DNA of 63,735 bases, the filler included, from Licmophora abbreviata (taxonomy: Eukaryota): the NCBI GenBank assembly GCA_900291995.1. It is 12 parts of 12 records of this genome, joined end to end, with 100 filler letters (N's around TTAATTAATTAA, not from the genome) between each part and the next. Parts side by side here need not be neighbours in the genome. Positions count along the whole stretch, not along the records: positions 54,636 to 62,095 come from OLMU01004588.1; positions 62,196 to 63,735 come from OLMU01004598.1; 10 more parts are not named here. One strand, 5' to 3'. The position numbers and the translations under genes are program-made. The notes beneath the pieces were generated by a model. That model did no database searches. It was given only the letters and a program-made list of their open reading frames with translations, and was not told the origin of the DNA. Each line of letters starts with the position of its first letter. Position 1 is the stretch's first letter. Shown here piece by piece: positions 58,301 through 63,735 of the stretch.

Positions 58301-59863
58301 ATGTCCGCGGCAGGATCCCTCCGCGTGGCTTATTGCACCCCTCGTGGATTCACGTTCAAGCGTTCCCTCTCGACTCTTGCCTTTGATCTATTGGATTCCG
58401 CACCACCGAAGCCTCCCAAGTCGGTTTATTCTATTCCCGTCCAAGCGAACGACTCCGTCGAGGACGCCGGAGCTGCTATTCGACAAGTGGGCACCACGAG
58501 ACGCGTCTTTTTGTTGAAACCTCACTTGACCTCGCCTGAACTCGAGGGACTTGCCTATCGCATTCGCGCCTTGACAAAGAACGAGGGCCTCTCAAGCGTA
58601 CTGATCGCCACCAATGACGATGACGATGCCAAAATGGGGGCCTTGCCGAATTCCGCCCGCGATGTTGATCGAGACAAGGTCGATGTTGCAGATTTTCAAT
58701 TTCCCAATTTTGAGAAAGTCTGGCATGTATCTGGCGGATATAGTCCATTGGAAGTTTACAACAGTGGGTTATACAAGGATCCTGATGAGGTCGACAAATT
58801 GCTGACGGGCGTTCAACGACTCGCCATGGCGACACGAGGACATGCGGTCGACACTCGCGTTCCTGTTATTACAATCCCTCACGGACTCATCAATGATGCT
58901 GGCTACTCACTCTGCATGGGAACCTACGTTCTATCCACTCCCGAAACGTGCTTTCGCATTCAGAATGCTTCGCGGGGACTCAGCTTTGATCCGGTGGGGT
59001 TCTCATACATTTTGCCTCGACTCGGATGGGAATTCAACCTACCCGTCTCGAATTATCCTGGCGCCGGTCTACTCCTAGCGTTGGCAGGCCTTGAAGCGAA
59101 TGCCGAAGACATGGTGGAGACAGGGCTAGCTACTCACTACCTTGACTCACTAAGTACGCTGGGATATTTGGAACGGGCCTTGGCAGAGACCGAGCCGTGG
59201 AATCAGCAAGGCATCTTGAAAAAGAAGAAGCACTATTTTGGACACAAGGAAAGTAGACTGGATGTCAACAAGAAATACCGAAATGTGCAAGTAGCAGAGC
59301 TAATGCACGCGGCCACTACATACCATGCATCTGGCCTTGATATCTTGAGCGTCGACGATGAGGTGCATTCGGAGCTTCTCGGGCGGGACGATGATCCTTC
59401 CCTCGAGCTGGATCACACTCCGTGGCTAGAAGATCGCCAAAGTGATTTGGTCAACTACGCTGCCACCTTTGAGTCTATTTTTCGCACGGAAAACTCAGTA
59501 GAGGGCATCTTGGAACGTTTTAGAGAGATTTCTATGCGGCATACAAACAACAAGGACGAGCAAGTGGGGATCGACGTGGCTGCTGATATTGTACAACGAA
59601 TGGAACTGCAATCGCCCTTGGCGCTCAGAGTCATGTACCGCCTCCTCCACATCGGACAAATGCCCGATCAAACTTTGGAGTCATCGATGGAACGAGAAAA
59701 ACATGCCCAAGCGAAGCTTCTTGCTATGCCGGACTTTGAGAACTGGGCCAAGCATGCAAGCAAGTATGACGAAGGATCGGCACCGCCGTTCACCGGATGG
59801 AAGCACAAGAGCATCAGGACAGTTTCAACAGATGAAGTGACTGAGATTATATTCCCTGAGTAG
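58301..59863 (+). CDS. Divergent 3-hydroxyisobutyryl-CoA hydrolase-like (crotonase fold) protein, mitochondrial
   Basis: GLSFDPVGFSYILPRL, LALAG....EDMVETGLATHY, SVEGILERF, MELQSPLALRV, SMERE...DFE...WKHKSIRTVS..EV follow the HIBCH layout. Presequence-like N-terminus. Confidence 0.75.
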   Translation: MSAAGSLRVAYCTPRGFTFKRSLSTLAFDLLDSAPPKPPKSVYSIPVQANDSVEDAGAAIRQVGTTRRVFLLKPHLTSPELEGLAYRIRALTKNEGLSSVLIATNDDDDAKMGALPNSARDVDRDKVDVADFQFPNFEKVWHVSGGYSPLEVYNSGLYKDPDEVDKLLTGVQRLAMATRGHAVDTRVPVITIPHGLINDAGYSLCMGTYVLSTPETCFRIQNASRGLSFDPVGFSYILPRLGWEFNLPVSNYPGAGLLLALAGLEANAEDMVETGLATHYLDSLSTLGYLERALAETEPWNQQGILKKKKHYFGHKESRLDVNKKYRNVQVAELMHAATTYHASGLDILSVDDEVHSELLGRDDDPSLELDHTPWLEDRQSDLVNYAATFESIFRTENSVEGILERFREISMRHTNNKDEQVGIDVAADIVQRMELQSPLALRVMYRLLHIGQMPDQTLESSMEREKHAQAKLLAMPDFENWAKHASKYDEGSAPPFTGWKHKSIRTVSTDEVTEIIFPE

Positions 59864-59952
59864 GTTGATATCTCCATAATTCGAAGTAGCCTACACGGCT
59901 GTGTATTCCCCTCGACAAAAATACGCAAAGAGATCACCTGTCCTTTGCACTA

Positions 59953-61828
59953 TTACTGAAAACTACTATCATCCTCTAGCAACTTGTCGAATTCGTCGAA
60001 CGCAGACTCTTGTCTCTTTTTTTCGTTTTCGACCATGGACTTTCGGGTGTCAAACACAATATCTTCGGGACTCGCACCAATCTGCTCCATCTTGGTACGC
60101 ATCTTCTTCGCGGCCTTCAACTTGCGCGCCACATCGCCCATCCCAGCTCCCAAGGCCTCCTTCCATTCTCGACGAAGCGTATTTCGTTTCTGAATCTTCG
60201 CGTTTTCCGATCCGATCCAGAGCGAGCGCGCAAGCGGAATGGCATTGAAAAGGACTGCGTACGATAACAAGAACGGAAATCCCGCCTGAACAGCTCCGAA
60301 ATACGAAGGAAGGCGTACTCCGTACATGGCGTAGGTACTTAGCATGTTGCCGAGGTAGAGCGCTCCGCCAAGGTTCAAGACGCCCAATCCGCCAGCCAAG
60401 AATCGATTTTGATCGGGCGCCAAGCTGAACTTGTATTCCCGCTCCTGCAGCATGGATGGATCATCCACCATAGAATCTTCCTCTTCTTCTGCAGTCATGG
60501 GAGGGAGGGCCCGTTCGAGAATGCGCATCAGATCCTTCTTCTCCAAGGCACCCCGAGTGTTAATTCCATTCAACGACAGCAACTGCTTGATCTCTCCTGT
60601 GGTCGCCTTCGGACTGAGGCCCGCTCTCTTGAGAATCATGCTCGAAGAAATCGCGGAAGACGCCAGAGACGCCCCGCTCTTTGATGCCGATTTCTGAAGC
60701 TCGGGAAATACGTACACAATGTCCCCGTCGTCTGTCACCCGAGGTTCTCCGTTCAATTGAGTGACAATGGGTAGAACAAAGCTCTAGTGAAGCAAAGAAA
60801 ACAAGGTCAGAGATCCATATATCAGATACTCAAGAACTTCTTCAGGAACAACAACGTTCGCTCACCTCATCGACATATCCAGACTCTCTGCTGTTCTTTA
60901 ACAGCGGTAGATCGTCACAAAACGGTGCCAACTGTTCGGCCGTCACCGAGCCTTTGTTCTCGCGGATCACACTGGCTGCCAGACTCAACCGTTTCTCCTC
61001 TAAGCCGCGGTTCGGATCTCCATCTCCAAAGATGTAAGAAAAGATAGACTCCAGAAATCCCATTTCTTCGGGATCTCTCCGTTCTTCTCCCGGCATGGCG
61101 TAGTAGCCATAATAAGGTCTATAGTAGAAGAAATCGAACGGCGAAGGACCCCAGAACGGATCGTATCCGATCCCTCCCCCAAAACTCATCCTGTTACCTC
61201 CAAACCCCCTATCTCTTCTTCGATCATCATCGCTATTTCCCGACTGACTGAGAAAGAAGATGGTACTAAAGATGGCCGCCAACGATGCCAGCAGTACGAG
61301 TCCAAACGAGACTCGGATTACATAAAAGACAGAGGGCCAGGCCTTCTGGAAGACGGAAAGTACCTTGAACTTCAACGAGTTCGAAGACAGGACTCCTCTC
61401 AGGTTCTGAGGAAATGAATAGATCAATTCTCCATCATTCGATACGGCAATGTCTCCTCGCGTGAGGGACGCCAGGGCGGTCAGATCCTTTCGCGCCTGCG
61501 ATAGACTGACCCCGGCCGCAGCCGATACGTCAGAGGCAATGACTTTGCCGTCCTTGGATTTCTCAACAGCATCCATGACGGCTGGGGAGGGCAGTTTTTC
61601 CATCAAGTCTTGATATGACGCCATATGCAGTGAAGAAGAAGAACAAGAAGCTGGTGAATTACCTCTGGTTGGAGGTTCAACATGGTAAGAGCCAGATGGA
61701 CTCCTTCTCGTCGGTCCATGCTGTTGATGTACTACTCGCACTCGAGGGGGAGGCGGAACAACAAAGGCATGACTTCCAACATGATCATACACCGCTACGA
61801 GCAGAGTAAGATACACTGCGGTCCTCAT
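59953..61828 (-). CDS. Conserved plastid membrane protein (At5g03900-like; intron 60784-60865)
   Basis: Presequence ...GSHA-FVV, DVSAAAGVSLSQARKDLTALASL..GDIAVSNDGELIYSFP, FLESIFSYIFGDGDPN, and DE|SFVLPIV..LNGEPRVTDDGDIVYVFPEL. Confidence 0.82.
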
Positions 61829-62195
61829 AGCGCTTCGATTCGTGAGGAAGATCACCATGGTCGTCGCCTTCCACCAAGATTCCAAATTTGCCAGGTGTCG
61901 GTTTTCGATATTTTGGAATTTTTGGATTTCCAATTTTTTCGAAATTCGAGGATTCCATGCGAGCTCTTGCGCGCGCTCCATTAGGTTGAAGCTGATGATG
62001 TTGATGTTGAAGGCGGGGCCGGGCCAGGCAGTCTCGTCGCATCTCGTCAATCATCACCACTAAACTTCTGACACGGCACTCGTTGTTGTACTTTGNNNNN
62101 NNNNNNNNNNNNNNNNNNNNNNNNNNNNNNNNNNNNNNNTTAATTAATTAANNNNNNNNNNNNNNNNNNNNNNNNNNNNNNNNNNNNNNNNNNNN

Positions 62196-62821
62196 AGGAA
62201 GAGTCTGTCGACAATCCAGTCTCCCCATACGCCGCCAGCAAGAAGGCCTGCGAGCTTTTGGCCTACACCTACCACCACCTTTACAAGCTCAACGTGACTG
62301 GACTCCGATTTTTTACTGTCTATGGACCCAGAGGACGACCTGATATGGCACCTTTCAAGTTCATTGACCGGGTCAGTCGTGGAATCGAGATTCAGCAGTT
62401 TGGAGATGGCTCATCATCCCGTGACTACACGTACATTGACGATATCGTCGATGGTATCGTTCGTTCGATCGACAGACCCTACCAGTACCAGATCTTCAAC
62501 TTGGGTAAGGGATCAGGGACTTCTCTGAAGGACTTTATTGGTTTGGTCCAGGAGCACACGGGGAAGAAGGCGATTGTTCGCGTCATGCCTGATCAGCCGG
62601 GTGATGTGCCCTACACATGCGCAGATGTAAGCAAGGCCAGTCACATGCTCGGATACAAGTCAAAGGTGACCTTTGAGGAGGGCATCCGACGAACTGCCAA
62701 ATGGTACAAGCAGGCTTATGCTGATCAAATCATCGAAGAATGCCCAGAGAGACAAGCGAATGGGCTTGGACGAGCTGCGTCACTTGTCCAGCTTAACGCC
62801 TTCGCTACAGTTTCAATTTGA
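62196..62821 (+). CDS. GAE: Second UDP-glucuronate 4-epimerase-like paralog (5' part lost in gap)
   Basis: Highly similar protein to the C-terminal half of 3704-5027 (VDNPVSPYAASKKACELL...GRPDMAPFKF) with many synonymous differences. Confidence 0.88.
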
Positions 62822-63318
62822 GTGCCTAGGTTGTCTCGAACGAATAATCTATAGTCAACGCCGACAGGCTGTACATATATAAAAAAACTTGTGTGCGATG
62901 ATCAATCAACGTTTGCTAGTCTCCGTAGAGCATTCATCGTCGTTCCTGGTCCTCTAACGTTTTCCGCTAGTCTATCATACCGTTCTCAGAATCTTGGACG
63001 CAGCTCTCGAACTGCCCTGATGTGACTGATGACTGACTCATCACAGATGCGCGCGCGTGTTCGCGAGATTTCTGACTTCTTCTCGCCAACACATCCCCGA
63101 CAAGCATCAGTCTACCATGCCGGTCCTCTCTACAATCCTTCCGCAAGTAACGGTGTCAGACAGTACACCCTCCTCCTTGGACTCCTTGGAGCAGTCAAAT
63201 GAGCAGTAGCCCCGATGCTGAGCAGGAGAGAGGATGATGGCCTTGCCTCCCACATTGGAATGGTCTGACTGACGTCGCACCTTCGCTGCCGACAGTTTGA
63301 AGCGGCACAAGCGACAGC

Positions 63319-63735
63319 ATGAACCGGTTTGGGGAGTCCGGCTTCCGCAAAGCTGGACAAGCTTTTAGCGGTACATCTGGAACTGACTCGTTATGGTATG
63401 GGATCTGTGGCGTGGCTCTCGCAGCTTCCGTGAGATGGGGGCTCGGGAGAGACCAGGAGGAGCAAATGTTGGGCCCCGATTCTTCCGCGCAGAGCTACTG
63501 TCTCAAGAGGAACACCGAGCGTCATCTTGGGATGTCGAAATGGAAGTCCTTTTATTCATTTCAGCCTATGAGGACATCCGCAATGGCGACCGTCCAAACC
63601 TCAACGTATGATTTCGTTGTCTTAGGAAATGGAAACGCTGGTCGCAGCGCTGTGGAAACACTTCAAGATCAGTGTCCATCTGCAAAGATAGCTCTGGTGG
63701 ACCCATTGCGACCTAGCAACTCGTCTTCCCCTCAG
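63319..63735 (+). CDS. N-terminal part of an FAD-dependent oxidoreductase (AIF/pyridine nucleotide-disulfide reductase-like); runs off the window
   Basis: Open frame containing YDFVVLGNGNAGRSAVETLQDQCPSAKIALVD (Rossmann GxGxxG). The start is uncertain. Confidence 0.6.
   Translation, partial: MNRFGESGFRKAGQAFSGTSGTDSLWYGICGVALAASVRWGLGRDQEEQMLGPDSSAQSYCLKRNTERHLGMSKWKSFYSFQPMRTSAMATVQTSTYDFVVLGNGNAGRSAVETLQDQCPSAKIALVDPLRPSNSSSPQ

Noticed and set aside
42277..59863. Valine/propionate catabolic cluster (HIBCH-like + MUT)
   Set aside because: The genes are 13 kb and three unverified joins apart, and the HIBCH-like protein appears catalytically degenerate.

Overview
This is a gene-dense eukaryotic nuclear scaffold, almost certainly from a diatom. 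The evidence is mostly short (about 80-220 nt) GT-AG introns, bipartite signal-peptide + 'ASAFAP'-type plastid presequences, and diatom-expanded DUF6824 and HA-repeat families. It consists of 12 contigs joined by artificial 100-nt N44-TTAATTAATTAA-N44 spacers. About 35 protein-coding genes are supported. They include two UDP-glucuronate 4-epimerase-like paralogs, an S10 carboxypeptidase, a 2xRRM glycine-rich RNA-binding protein, a chromodomain-JmjC-Tudor-like protein, plastid FtsZ, IF3, KEA and fibrillin, RPS15, DDX54, an M11 peptidase, an MMACHC-like protein, methylmalonyl-CoA mutase, a HOOK/V-ATPase c''/Rab5/AP-1 mu group, an AGC kinase, a spliced RING-H2 ligase missed by the ORF track, DEK and a degenerate HIBCH-like protein. 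I saw no rRNA, tRNA, CRISPR array or transposon. The most notable observation is the glycine-rich RBP gene: its Gly/Tyr/Arg tail is built from duplicated frame-neutral exons, and its unusually long last intron hides a well-formed 109-nt stop-containing cassette exon (candidate AS-NMD autoregulation). Three frameshifts at homopolymers look like sequencing errors. All calls are from reading the sequence by eye; no searches were run.
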